Below are positions 8,371 to 17,534 of a stretch of 22,250 nt of DNA, piece by piece. The DNA comes from Bdellovibrionales bacterium. Lineage in GTDB: Bacteria > Bdellovibrionota > Bdellovibrionia > Bdellovibrionales > UBA840. Made by a program: the position numbers and the translations under genes. Where the stretch lies: positions 1 to 22,250 of the forward strand of contig JBBKWS010000106.1 of assembly GCA_037969075.1 (NCBI GenBank), in the 5' to 3' direction. The first letter of the stretch is position 1. Every line of letters starts with the position of its first letter. The notes under the pieces were generated by a model. That model was not told the origin of the DNA. It saw only the letters and a list, made by a program, of their open reading frames with translations, and did no database searches.

Positions 8371-8928
8371 ATGAAATCAGTATACATTTTTTTACTAACC
8401 ATTTGCTTTATACTTCCAACTCAAGCCAAAGAACTGCAGGGCTTCACTTTCAATGATAAGATTGAACTTTCTGGACATAGTTTGGTTCTTAATGGTCTAG
8501 GGCTAAGGCTCGCCACTTTCTTAAAAGTTAAAGTTTATGTGGCAGGACTATACCTAGAGAAGTCTGCAAAGACTGAGGCAGAGGTTATAGCACAAACACA
8601 AAGCAAAATGATTGAGCTTAGGTTTTTAACCAGCGTTGATAAAGGAAAATTGAAAGACGCCTGGAGTGATGGTTTCAAGAAAAATCTTGGCGTCGATGGC
8701 TACAACAAAGTCAGTGGCTCCGTTGCAACATTGAACTCATATATGAGCTCAATGAATAAAAATCAAATTATGAGATTTGCAACAATTGACGATACAGTTG
8801 TGGTAACAGTAAAAGATAAAGAGTTTCCACCAATAAAAGATGAGTACTTTGCAAAAAACTTTTTTAAGGTTTTCATTGGTTCAGTGCCCCCTAATGAAGA
8901 ATTAAAAGATGGCTTATTAGGAAACTAA
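8371..8928 (+). CDS. Chalcone-isomerase-like (CHI-fold) exported protein
   Basis: Signal peptide (TQA-KE); LVLNGLGLR, KVYVAGLYL, FIGSVPPNEELKDGLLG typical of bacterial Chalcone_3 proteins; SD AAGGAG. Confidence 0.9.
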   Translation: MKSVYIFLLTICFILPTQAKELQGFTFNDKIELSGHSLVLNGLGLRLATFLKVKVYVAGLYLEKSAKTEAEVIAQTQSKMIELRFLTSVDKGKLKDAWSDGFKKNLGVDGYNKVSGSVATLNSYMSSMNKNQIMRFATIDDTVVVTVKDKEFPPIKDEYFAKNFFKVFIGSVPPNEELKDGLLGN

Positions 8929-8932
8929 GTTT

Positions 8933-9922
8933 TTAATGAAACAACTTTGAAAATGGCTTACAAGCCATTCCTGTACTTAACTCAATGGGTCCTACTTTTA
9001 AGTATGACCTAAAAGAGTCCGATACTAACTCTCTTGCCACCCTCTGCAGTCCGTCCACGATAATATCAGACTCTCCTTTTAAAAAAGACGATGGCACCTC
9101 TGTTGTAAGAATTAAATATTGCTCCCCGCCATTCGCCAGAAATATTCCCAGCCTAGCCTCTTGCATTGCCATATACTTAAGACTCTCGTTCTCGCTAAGC
9201 ACTCTTTCTAAAGTTGCATTATATTCATGTAGGTAATCTCTCGTTGCAAGGCCGAAGCGATATCTAGTACTTTGACCTATTAAATGCATCAGATCACTAA
9301 AACCTGGGTACCTTATGATTTGTTCTTTGATATGAGTGTCTATATCCACATCGGATGCCCCACGAAATGTTGCCCTAACAAGCTCTATTTCCTCCGCGGT
9401 TAAATTAGACGGTCTATCGATATGAGTTAACTTATACGCAGCAGATAGAGTTATTTTTCCAGTAATAGAGTAACCTGACTTACTTTCTAAAGGGTCAAAT
9501 CCCATGGGCCTGTACGCAGACAAAAGTACAAAGGCACTATCAGATTTGGAAATAACAAAATGTCGCCCCTCACTCTCATTATTTACTACACCATCAGCTA
9601 AAGAAATATTATCCCAAGCATAAGAGACATTTGTCTGCAAATAAGCTAAAGAATCTGCAGTATAATACTCCCGTTGAATTACAAACTGACTGTCTTTATT
9701 AATTTGTTTTGCTAGCCAGTCTGTATTTTGAATTAGGGTTTCATTGCCTTGAATACTACTAGAAATCTCGGTCTCAGGTTTACCAAAACTTCGATCTTCA
9801 GCATATTTGTAGACAGTAGACATAGTCTTTCCATCTATAATACTAACCTTAACTTGTGAAAAAGCAGGTGTTGGCAATAACAGGCCCAGCAGTATGCTAA
9901 GTAAAGAAAAGAATTTATTCAT
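8933..9922 (-). CDS. Hypothetical secreted protein, 329 aa
   Basis: Long ORF with signal peptide (AFS-Q); no family recognised. Confidence 0.8.
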   Translation of the reverse strand: MNKFFSLLSILLGLLLPTPAFSQVKVSIIDGKTMSTVYKYAEDRSFGKPETEISSSIQGNETLIQNTDWLAKQINKDSQFVIQREYYTADSLAYLQTNVSYAWDNISLADGVVNNESEGRHFVISKSDSAFVLLSAYRPMGFDPLESKSGYSITGKITLSAAYKLTHIDRPSNLTAEEIELVRATFRGASDVDIDTHIKEQIIRYPGFSDLMHLIGQSTRYRFGLATRDYLHEYNATLERVLSENESLKYMAMQEARLGIFLANGGEQYLILTTEVPSSFLKGESDIIVDGLQRVARELVSDSFRSYLKVGPIELSTGMACKPFSKLFH

Positions 9923-10295
9923 AGTTGCCTTTATACCCAGCTATTAAAGACGTAACAACTACGCATAATAAAACTTATAGTATTTATCCAGTCGACTAAG
10001 TTATATACAAAATACGCTAGCCGTAACAATTAGAAGTAGATTTGAAATCTATTTGTTTCTTAATAAAATAATACTCGATGACTGTTCCCGTTTGGATTTG
10101 GGCGGCCTGCACCAAATTCTACAAATTCGCATATTTAGATTTAATATACCATCGATTACCATAGTAATATTAAGCTCTTAGACTCAGGTCTTTAGTCTTT
10201 ACTTTCACCGCAATCACTAGCTAAGTGGCGGTATTTTGTAATTTTTACTTTATTTCTATTAACAGCACCACTAAGCTAATAAGAAAGGACTCAAA

Positions 10296-11318
10296 ATGCC
10301 ATTAACAGCTTTGTTACTTTTGGTTTTTTCTTGGAATCTAGCCTCGGCACAATCAGATTGGGTGATGCACTATATACCCGGCGCAACCTGCGGTGACGGC
10401 AGTCCCTATACTATATTTACTAACAATATTGGTAGCAAGCATCTTAACTTTAAGTTTAATGGCGGGAATGCATGCTGGGATTATGATAGCTGCTTCGGTA
10501 AAGATCCCCTTACAAATATGAAAACTATCGAAAAGCAATCTGAGGATGATTTTTTTAACTTTAGCGAAAACAGTCCCGTAGCAAATTTTGACCGAGTGGT
10601 TTTCTCTTATTGCACAGGAGATGTGTACGTTGGGGATCATCAAGCTACCTATACAGATAAAGATAAAACAGCTACAGCAAATCATTACGGCAGATCGAAT
10701 GTACTAAAAGCATTAAACTACTTAGAGTCTATTGGCTTCCCGTTTGGGAGCTATGAAGAGGTTTCTGTTTACGGTAACTCTGCAGGGGCTTTGGGAGCTT
10801 TGTATAATGTTACTGTGATTGCTCCACGCTTTACACCACTAACACATAAAGTTTTAATTTTAGATGGGCCCGGACTACATTTTGGAAATGATTTTTGGAA
10901 AAAGTTTCCAGAGGCACAAGTCGCTGACTTCAGTTACGCATTTGGAGCTTATAACCAACCCGTAGATACTAACAATGGTAATTTAGCTTACATTATCCCA
11001 GCCATTTGTGAGCAAAATTCCGATTGGCATGTGGGCGTATTACAAGGCACAAAAGACATTACAATGTCGTGGGGCTTTGGTGAAATCAGCCCATGGGATC
11101 ATGAAAAATTAATTTTCTCTCCTCTTGGTATGTGGGAATATACAAAAAATAATTCTGACAACTGCGTTGGATTTGTACCTGATACCTTTAAACACACGTT
11201 TATGAGGCAAGAAAAGAATACAAAACAAACTGCAAAAAACTCTAAAAAAGAGAAAAAATCAGCCCTTCAGTTTGTGACAGATATCTTAAATAAAACTGAA
11301 TTCGAAAATTACAGATAA
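10296..11318 (+). CDS. Pectinacetylesterase/Notum-family secreted hydrolase
   Basis: Signal peptide; CGDGSP, GGNACWDYDSC, YCTGDVYVG, nucleophile GNSAG, candidate His in FKHT. Confidence 0.88.
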   Translation: MPLTALLLLVFSWNLASAQSDWVMHYIPGATCGDGSPYTIFTNNIGSKHLNFKFNGGNACWDYDSCFGKDPLTNMKTIEKQSEDDFFNFSENSPVANFDRVVFSYCTGDVYVGDHQATYTDKDKTATANHYGRSNVLKALNYLESIGFPFGSYEEVSVYGNSAGALGALYNVTVIAPRFTPLTHKVLILDGPGLHFGNDFWKKFPEAQVADFSYAFGAYNQPVDTNNGNLAYIIPAICEQNSDWHVGVLQGTKDITMSWGFGEISPWDHEKLIFSPLGMWEYTKNNSDNCVGFVPDTFKHTFMRQEKNTKQTAKNSKKEKKSALQFVTDILNKTEFENYR

Positions 11319-11321
11319 ACT

Positions 11322-11347
11322 AATGGCGCTACGGGTAGCGCCATTTT
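11322..11347. terminator. Terminator hairpin between convergent genes
   Basis: AATGGCGCTA-CGGG-TAGCGCCATT followed by TT. Confidence 0.85.
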
Positions 11348-11348
11348 C

Positions 11349-13421
11349 TTAGAACAAATTCTCTTTCAAAAACATAAACTTATAAGCTTCAAGCATAGAC
11401 CTCTGCTCAATATCAGCGGCCGTTGAATGCCCACCGTCAATATTTTCATAATACGTAACTGGTGCCCCCACTTGTGCCAGCCTGGCTGCCATCTTACGAG
11501 CATGCCCCGGATGAACCCTATCATCTTTAGTAGATGTAATAAGAAAAATAGGTGGGTACTTTGTTTCTGCATGAATGTTTTGGTACGGTGAATACTTTAA
11601 TATATAAGAGGCATCCTTGCTATTGTCTGGGTCTCCGTATTCCCCGATCCAACTCGCTCCGGCCAAAAGCTTATGATACCTCATCATATCCAGCAGCGGT
11701 GCTCCGCAAATCACTGCACCAAACAAATCTGGACGCTGCATTGCTACAGTACCTACAAGGAGCCCGCCATTGCTATATCCTTCAATTCCCAATTGCTTTG
11801 ATGTGGTAATTCCTTCTTTTATTAAGGCCTCAGCTACAGCAATAAAATCGTCAAACACTTTTTGTCTATTATGTTTTAATACTGATGTGTGCCAGCTAGG
11901 ACCAAACTCTCCCCCGCCTCGTAAATTTGCCAAAACATAAACTCCCCCTGCCTCTAACCAAGTTTTACCTTTTACAGCTAAATAATCTGGAGTGAGGCTA
12001 ATCTCAAACCCTCCATAGCCATAAAGTAATGTCGGCTTAGGCCCTTTTGCCTTTTTACTACGTATAATTGAATAAGGAACCTTAGTACCATCACGAGACT
12101 CTGCAAATTTTTGCTCGATCACTAAATTACTGTTATTAAAACGCTTTGGCAGCTCTGCTACCTTTTTTTCTTTCTTCTGAGAGTTAAAATACCAAATCTG
12201 CGGCGGTGTTAAAAAATCCGTATACTCTACGAACAACCTGTTTCCACTAAGGTCCGTACTAATCACATCTGTTGCCCCAACTTTGGGTAATTTAAGGGTA
12301 GCATAAGTCCAACTGCCATTTTTAAACTGCCATTTCATGATCTGACCACGCACGGAGTTTAGAAGTGATAGGTATAAAAAATCACTACTAATATTAATAT
12401 CAGTAATAGCTTGCTTCGAGTTAGGTGTAAAAATCACCTCTACTTTATTGGCCGCCCCCGCTTTTTCTAAATCAGATCTTTGGATAGAGACCAATGATCC
12501 AACTTTGACTTTATACCTGTCCCAATCTGATTTTGTTTCGAAAATCACTTGGTCATCAATGACTCCCCACAAAAGAATATCTTTCGGTACATCTAAACGT
12601 ACCAAACGATTGTCCTCAGTATAAATAAAATACTCTGTCTCATAAAAACTAGGGTTCTTATAAATCACCGAGAGTGGTTTCTTCGGGTGGTCATATACTG
12701 CTGCAGAAGCTGATACATAACTTGTATCAGCTTCAACTATTAGAGGGGCATCCTTATAAAAAGTACCTCTTGTCCAAAGACGCACTTGCCTAGCGTAGCC
12801 TGATGAAGTTAAAGTATCGGCTCCAAAATCCGTAGCTATAAACAACTGATTTTGGTCACGCCAAGCAACATCAGTTTTTCCTTCAGGCAAAATAAACCCA
12901 TCATTAACAAATGACTTAGTAGTTGTATCAAATTCTCTGGCAACTACGGCATCTTTTCCACCACGTGAAAGTTTAAACAAACACCTTCTATTATCTGGTT
13001 TTAAACAGTCGGCACCTTTCCAAACCCAATTTTCTTTTTCATCAATGGATAACTTATCGATATCAATAATTGTTTCCCACATAGGGTTTTTTGCCACATA
13101 ACTTTTAAAACTAGCTCTTCGATACATCCCCTTAGGGCTTTTAGGAGTTTGTAGATAGTTGTAGACATACTCACCTACAATCTTAACATAAAAAATTCGA
13201 TCATCGGCACCTAAGATAAAACTAACGTCTTTTTTTACCTTTTTAAATATTGATTGATGACTGTATTTCTCAGCAGTTTTTATGTTCTGGGCCTTTACCC
13301 AATCTAAAGATTGATTGCTCTCGATATTCTCGAGCCATAAAAATTCATCTTTATTAGACCCAGATGTAGATGCGCAGGAAATTATAAAAACAGACAAGAC
13401 TAAGTAAATGCATATTCTCAT
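11349..13421 (-). CDS. Prolyl oligopeptidase (S9A), probable lipoprotein
   Basis: Lipobox-like IISC; FLWLE, LLYGYGGF, NLRGGGEFG; catalytic GYSNGG, DDRVHP and GGH. Confidence 0.95.
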   Translation of the reverse strand: MRICIYLVLSVFIISCASTSGSNKDEFLWLENIESNQSLDWVKAQNIKTAEKYSHQSIFKKVKKDVSFILGADDRIFYVKIVGEYVYNYLQTPKSPKGMYRRASFKSYVAKNPMWETIIDIDKLSIDEKENWVWKGADCLKPDNRRCLFKLSRGGKDAVVAREFDTTTKSFVNDGFILPEGKTDVAWRDQNQLFIATDFGADTLTSSGYARQVRLWTRGTFYKDAPLIVEADTSYVSASAAVYDHPKKPLSVIYKNPSFYETEYFIYTEDNRLVRLDVPKDILLWGVIDDQVIFETKSDWDRYKVKVGSLVSIQRSDLEKAGAANKVEVIFTPNSKQAITDINISSDFLYLSLLNSVRGQIMKWQFKNGSWTYATLKLPKVGATDVISTDLSGNRLFVEYTDFLTPPQIWYFNSQKKEKKVAELPKRFNNSNLVIEQKFAESRDGTKVPYSIIRSKKAKGPKPTLLYGYGGFEISLTPDYLAVKGKTWLEAGGVYVLANLRGGGEFGPSWHTSVLKHNRQKVFDDFIAVAEALIKEGITTSKQLGIEGYSNGGLLVGTVAMQRPDLFGAVICGAPLLDMMRYHKLLAGASWIGEYGDPDNSKDASYILKYSPYQNIHAETKYPPIFLITSTKDDRVHPGHARKMAARLAQVGAPVTYYENIDGGHSTAADIEQRSMLEAYKFMFLKENLF

Positions 13422-13435
13422 AAGAGTGTCCTTAA

Positions 13436-13630
13436 TTAATAGTGCGGCGGCTTCTCATCACCTTGATTTATGTTGTCATTAGAAACTTTACTATTCATGA
13501 TTTTAACCATTTTCTCGATTTCGTCTATTTTTTTTTGTTGCTGATAGATCACATCGTTGAGTTGCTCTAGCAACTGCTCTTGGTGGGCGATTTTTATTTC
13601 AAGATCTACGAAACGCTCGTCTGATGACAT
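13436..13630 (-). CDS. slyX: SlyX family protein (start revised to 13630)
   Basis: ERFVDLEIKIAHQEQLLEQLNDVIYQQQ and C-terminal EKPPHY; SD AAGGAG precedes ATG 13630, not the ATG at 13672. Confidence 0.92.
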   Translation of the reverse strand: MSSDERFVDLEIKIAHQEQLLEQLNDVIYQQQKKIDEIEKMVKIMNSKVSNDNINQGDEKPPHY

Positions 13631-13785
13631 ATGGCTCCTTAACAACAGCTTCGTCAGTAAAATTGACAGCATAATTTAGGTGATATTATGGCACCACCAA
13701 AGATTTTTAACAAAAGTCTTTATCCTAATTGTTTTAAAGTCTTTTGACCACTAATTTATGCCTAGAGATTCATTAGGGGGGCCAA

Positions 13786-14172
13786 GTGAAGCTTATATAT
13801 TCTATCACTTTAATATTGCTATTGACCAATACGTCTTTAGCGAATGATTGTCGTTGCATTTTTAAATCTGGAAATCAAAAACAAACTACCGAAACCAGAA
13901 AGCATTGGTGGGGAACATCTATAGATTTTTATTGCGATTACAACTGTACTGTAGACGGGGTAGAGATGTTAGTAAGAGCTAACCATCAAACCTGGTGGAC
14001 TGGTAAAGAGCAGGGAAATGAGTTCATTTGTGAGGGCACAGTGTACGAACAAAAATACTCTACAGCTACAAGTTGGTTCTATTATGCCTATGTAAAGAGT
14101 AAGGCTTTTTCTCCTACTAAATCAAAATCTCATGATTTAAAAGACTTTGCAAATCAAGTAAATTGCCAATAA
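13786..14172 (+). CDS. Hypothetical small secreted protein with six Cys
   Basis: GTG start after AGGGGG; signal peptide (SLA-ND); 6 Cys in the mature part. Confidence 0.8.
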   Translation: MKLIYSITLILLLTNTSLANDCRCIFKSGNQKQTTETRKHWWGTSIDFYCDYNCTVDGVEMLVRANHQTWWTGKEQGNEFICEGTVYEQKYSTATSWFYYAYVKSKAFSPTKSKSHDLKDFANQVNCQ

Positions 14173-14193
14173 AAAACCCGGCACTGAGCCGGG
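14171..14193 (-). terminator. Intrinsic terminator of the FKBP gene
   Basis: CCCGGC-ACTGA-GCCGGG with A6 at 14171-14176 (U-tract on the minus strand). Confidence 0.85.
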
Positions 14194-14224
14194 CTTAATA
14201 ACTTAAAAATAATAATATTAAATA

Positions 14225-14953
14225 TTATTTTCCTTTTTTACCTTTCATTGCTGCTGGTTTAGCCGGAGCTTCTCCTGCAGAAATATCAATTAATTCAACT
14301 TCAAAAATCAAAACTGAATTAGGCGGAATACTTGGACGACCTCTCTCACCGTAAGCAAGAGCTGGTGGGATCACAAACTGATACTTAGAACCTTTTTGCA
14401 TCATTTGTAAACCTTCTGTCCATCCAGGAATTACACCACGAACCGGAAACTTCGCCGTTTGATTTCTCTTGTAAGAAGAATCAAATTCAGTTCCATCAAT
14501 AAGAGTTCCTTTGTAATGAACTTCTACTGTATCTGTATCCTTTGGTTTCGCTCCGCTACCTTCAGTAACTACTTTGTACTGTAGACCACTTGCAGTAACT
14601 TTAACTCCGTCTTTGGCTTTATTTTCTTCTAAAAACTTTTCTGATTTCTTAATATTCTCATCGCCTTCAGTTTTACGCTTTTCGATAAGCTCGTTTTGCA
14701 TCTCTTGCATTACTTTTTGCATCTCTTCTGGAGTTAAGCGACCTTCTTTACCAGCAATAGCTTCATCAATAGAGGCCGCTAATATATTTGTATCAACCTT
14801 AATACCTTGAGATTTTAAGTTTTGACCAATCTGTTGTCCGATTGTGTAACTGAATTTTTTCTCTGTTGTATCTAATTTTCCAACAGATTTACCGCAGCTA
14901 ACTACAGCTACCGTCGTTAATAGCAAAGCTATCTTTGCCGTTGATTTCTTCAT
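14225..14953 (-). CDS. fkpA: FKBP-type peptidyl-prolyl isomerase, FkpA/Mip family, lipoprotein (start revised to 14953)
   Basis: Lipobox VVSC; SYTIGQQIG dimerisation domain; TASGLQY, VHYKGTLIDGTEFDSS, VIPGWTEGL, IPPNSVLIFEVEL; SD AAGGAG before ATG 14953. Confidence 0.93.
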   Translation of the reverse strand: MKKSTAKIALLLTTVAVVSCGKSVGKLDTTEKKFSYTIGQQIGQNLKSQGIKVDTNILAASIDEAIAGKEGRLTPEEMQKVMQEMQNELIEKRKTEGDENIKKSEKFLEENKAKDGVKVTASGLQYKVVTEGSGAKPKDTDTVEVHYKGTLIDGTEFDSSYKRNQTAKFPVRGVIPGWTEGLQMMQKGSKYQFVIPPALAYGERGRPSIPPNSVLIFEVELIDISAGEAPAKPAAMKGKKGK

Positions 14954-15031
14954 TGTTGCTCCTTTTAACAAGCTATGTTTTACTTAACTTCAATAGGCTA
15001 TAGTAAATTATAGGAGGATTCAATTTCAGTC

Positions 15032-16261
15032 ATGAGATCATTGACGCAAAAAGTCTTAATTTTTAGTCTCCCTATTCTTATCTTTGGGTGCGCTAGAAGC
15101 ACAATAAAAGATAAAAACGAGGCTCTACGCCTAACTTCTGCTAGCATTGAGATAAATGATGATCTGGGACTCACCAGCTTTGCTCAGGATCTTAGCAACT
15201 ACATCAAAACCCTACAAAAAACCTCGTTCAAAAGACAGTTTTTTAACTACAGCAATACTATATGGACAGGCGAAGAAGTTATCAACGCTTACGAGGATCT
15301 GAATGCTTTTATGGCTACAAATCCAGATTTTGATAAGCTAAACCAATACATTAAAGAACATTTCTCATGGTTAGAGGTTTACGGTGCAGATGATTGGGGA
15401 CAGGTATTTATCACTTCTTATTTTGAACCGCTTTACCAAGGCTCACCTGTAAAAACTAAGACGTACTCACAACCCATCTATTTATTACCAAAAGATCTAG
15501 TTCAAATTGATTTAGAGGGTTTTACAAAAACTCATACTCAGCTAGAGCCTTATTTAGGCTATATAAATAAAGGACAACCTGGGCCACGGACACTGACTGG
15601 AAGAATCGACTTAAAAACTAAAAAAGTAAGTCCCTATTATAGTCGCGAAGAAATTGTAGATAAAGATAAACTCAAAAACAAAAATCTTGAGGTTGTTTGG
15701 CTCGATCCTATTGATAATTTTTTTCTACAAATACAAGGATCTGGCACTATAGCAATGGCTAAAGAAAATTTGCAGGTAGGCTATGCGGGACAAAATGGCC
15801 ATGCCTATGTGCCTATAGGTAAATTTGTAACTGATGTGATCCCAATAAAAGAACTTACTATGAGTAATCTGGTGGCGTACTTAAAAAGTCTACCGTACGA
15901 AGAACAGGCCAAAATCTTAAATCAAAATCCTAGCTATGTCTTTTTTCAAACACGCAAGACACGTCCGTTAACTAGTAGTGGTACCGAGGTCATTGATGGT
16001 CGCACTATCGCCACCGATTCTTTTTACTTACCTAAAGGTTTTATTGGGATGCTCGAGTTTCAAAAGCCTGACAAAGTTGAGTCTCCGAACTATCAAACCA
16101 TGCGCAGGCTTGTATTTAATCAAGACACAGGTGGAGCTATTAGAGGCCCTGGCAGAGTGGATTTATTTTGGGGTAAAGGAAGTCTTGCCGGTGACTTAGC
16201 CGGCAATGTAAAACACGATGGTAAACTTTGGTTTTTGCTACCTAAGAAAGTTCAGCCGTAA
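15032..16261 (+). CDS. mltA: Membrane-bound lytic murein transglycosylase A
   Basis: Lipobox IFGC; TSYFEP, FFLQIQGSG, YAGQNGHAY, NPSYVFF; 3D domain with IATD and QDTGGAIRGPGRVDLFWG. Confidence 0.95.
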   Translation: MRSLTQKVLIFSLPILIFGCARSTIKDKNEALRLTSASIEINDDLGLTSFAQDLSNYIKTLQKTSFKRQFFNYSNTIWTGEEVINAYEDLNAFMATNPDFDKLNQYIKEHFSWLEVYGADDWGQVFITSYFEPLYQGSPVKTKTYSQPIYLLPKDLVQIDLEGFTKTHTQLEPYLGYINKGQPGPRTLTGRIDLKTKKVSPYYSREEIVDKDKLKNKNLEVVWLDPIDNFFLQIQGSGTIAMAKENLQVGYAGQNGHAYVPIGKFVTDVIPIKELTMSNLVAYLKSLPYEEQAKILNQNPSYVFFQTRKTRPLTSSGTEVIDGRTIATDSFYLPKGFIGMLEFQKPDKVESPNYQTMRRLVFNQDTGGAIRGPGRVDLFWGKGSLAGDLAGNVKHDGKLWFLLPKKVQP

Positions 16262-17240
16262 ATTTCATTACCTCTGTAACATCAGCTTCATCAAGCCTTG
16301 CACCATATTTAGCAACAACCCGAGATGCAGCAAAGTTAGCCACTTGCGCAGCCTTTTTGTAATCGAAACCCTTTTCAATAGCTGCTAAAAATGCGCCCGC
16401 AAATACATCCCCCGCGCCAGTTGTATCAACCGCTTTCACCTTAAATCCATCAACAGTGTGAATAGCTTTTCCGTCGTAAACGATAGAGCCTAAAGCGCTT
16501 CTTGTAATCACAAAGTTAGATGCACAGGTTTTCATTTTTTCAACGGCATCATGAATCGTCTCGGTGCTTGTGAACGAAAGCACCTCTTTTTCATTAGCAA
16601 ATATTAAATCAATCCCTTCACCTACAATTTCATTCATACCATCTCTAAAGAATTCAATGATACCAGGATCCGAGAACGACAATGAGGTCAAAATACCTTT
16701 GTCTTTACAAAACTTCTTAGCAGCAAGTACCGCTGCTTTTGCTGTAGGAGATGCAACTAAATAACCCTCAATATAAAAATACTTTGCTTCCTCTAAGGCG
16801 GCATAATTTAATTGCTCTTCAGCAACTGTAGCCGTGATACCCAGAAAAGTTTCCATACTTCTCTCAGCGTCTGGTGTAATCATCACCAAACATTTACCCG
16901 TAATACCGTCTGGTAAATCTTGTTTATCAAAGTTTGAGTCCACATGTTGATTTTTTAGATCCTGATAAAAAAACTTGCCCGCATCATCGTTAGCCACTTT
17001 ATAAGAGTAAAATGACTTTGCCCCTAATTGTTGACTAGTAATAATCGTGTTAGCCGCACTACCACCACAACTACGCTTTTTAATTTTATGATTGATCTTT
17101 GACAACAACTTTTCTTGCCTAGGCTGATCTACAAGTACCATTAGACTTTTTTTAACCTCTAAGAGATTTAAATCTTCATCAGTAACTACTATCTCGTGGT
17201 CCACTAGTGCATTTCCAAATCCGTATACTGAATATTTCAT
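16242..17240 (-). CDS. PfkB-family carbohydrate/nucleoside kinase (adenosine kinase-like)
   Basis: GNALVD, GGSAANT, AERSMETFLG, FANEKE, VDTTGAGDVFAGAF. Confidence 0.92.
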   Translation of the reverse strand: MKYSVYGFGNALVDHEIVVTDEDLNLLEVKKSLMVLVDQPRQEKLLSKINHKIKKRSCGGSAANTIITSQQLGAKSFYSYKVANDDAGKFFYQDLKNQHVDSNFDKQDLPDGITGKCLVMITPDAERSMETFLGITATVAEEQLNYAALEEAKYFYIEGYLVASPTAKAAVLAAKKFCKDKGILTSLSFSDPGIIEFFRDGMNEIVGEGIDLIFANEKEVLSFTSTETIHDAVEKMKTCASNFVITRSALGSIVYDGKAIHTVDGFKVKAVDTTGAGDVFAGAFLAAIEKGFDYKKAAQVANFAASRVVAKYGARLDEADVTEVMKFTAELS

Positions 17241-17249
17241 ATTATCCCT

Positions 17250-17501
17250 TTACAGTGAAATTAGACCATCTATACCGCGAACCTCTTCGTATTTCGCAAT
17301 TACTTCTTCTGGATTAGAGAAGTGCATACGACAAGAAAAACGTAGGTAATTTCCTTTTGCTGATGGCTTGATATCATAGAGTTCTTTAGTAAAAACATCC
17401 TTGAGAGTCGAAAATGAACTGGCAGGAATTACAAATCTAAACTCGTAAGCTCCGGGCCAGGTATGTTCCGTCTGAAGTAGCTGTAGAAAGTTGTTTTCCA
17501 T
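17250..17501 (-). CDS. DUF493/YbeD-like protein (ATG 17501 preferred over TTG 17519)
   Basis: HTWPGAYEFRFVIP, PSAKGNYL and C-terminal GIDGLISL. Confidence 0.85.
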   Translation of the reverse strand: MENNFLQLLQTEHTWPGAYEFRFVIPASSFSTLKDVFTKELYDIKPSAKGNYLRFSCRMHFSNPEEVIAKYEEVRGIDGLISL

Positions 17502-17534
17502 ATAATTCTGGTCTAACAAAAGCCGGATAGTCTG

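Noticed and set aside
7869..10685. ORFs 7869..8249, 8985..9236 and 10353..10685
   Set aside because: Antisense to better-supported genes, with no recognisable motifs.
11366..11809. ORFs 11366..11572 and 11552..11809
   Set aside because: Alternative-frame or antisense ORFs within the prolyl oligopeptidase catalytic domain.
13631..13672. N-terminal extension of SlyX in the ORF track (likewise 14954-14971 for FKBP)
   Set aside because: The SD sequences sit directly before the downstream ATGs.
13663..13689. TTGACA...TGaTATTAT promoter for the six-Cys gene
   Set aside because: The spacer is only 15 nt; possible as an extended -10 but too uncertain to list as a feature.
14574..16764. ORFs 14574..14810, 15978..16199 and 16564..16764
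   Set aside because: Nested in the FKBP, mltA and PfkB kinase genes; no independent support.
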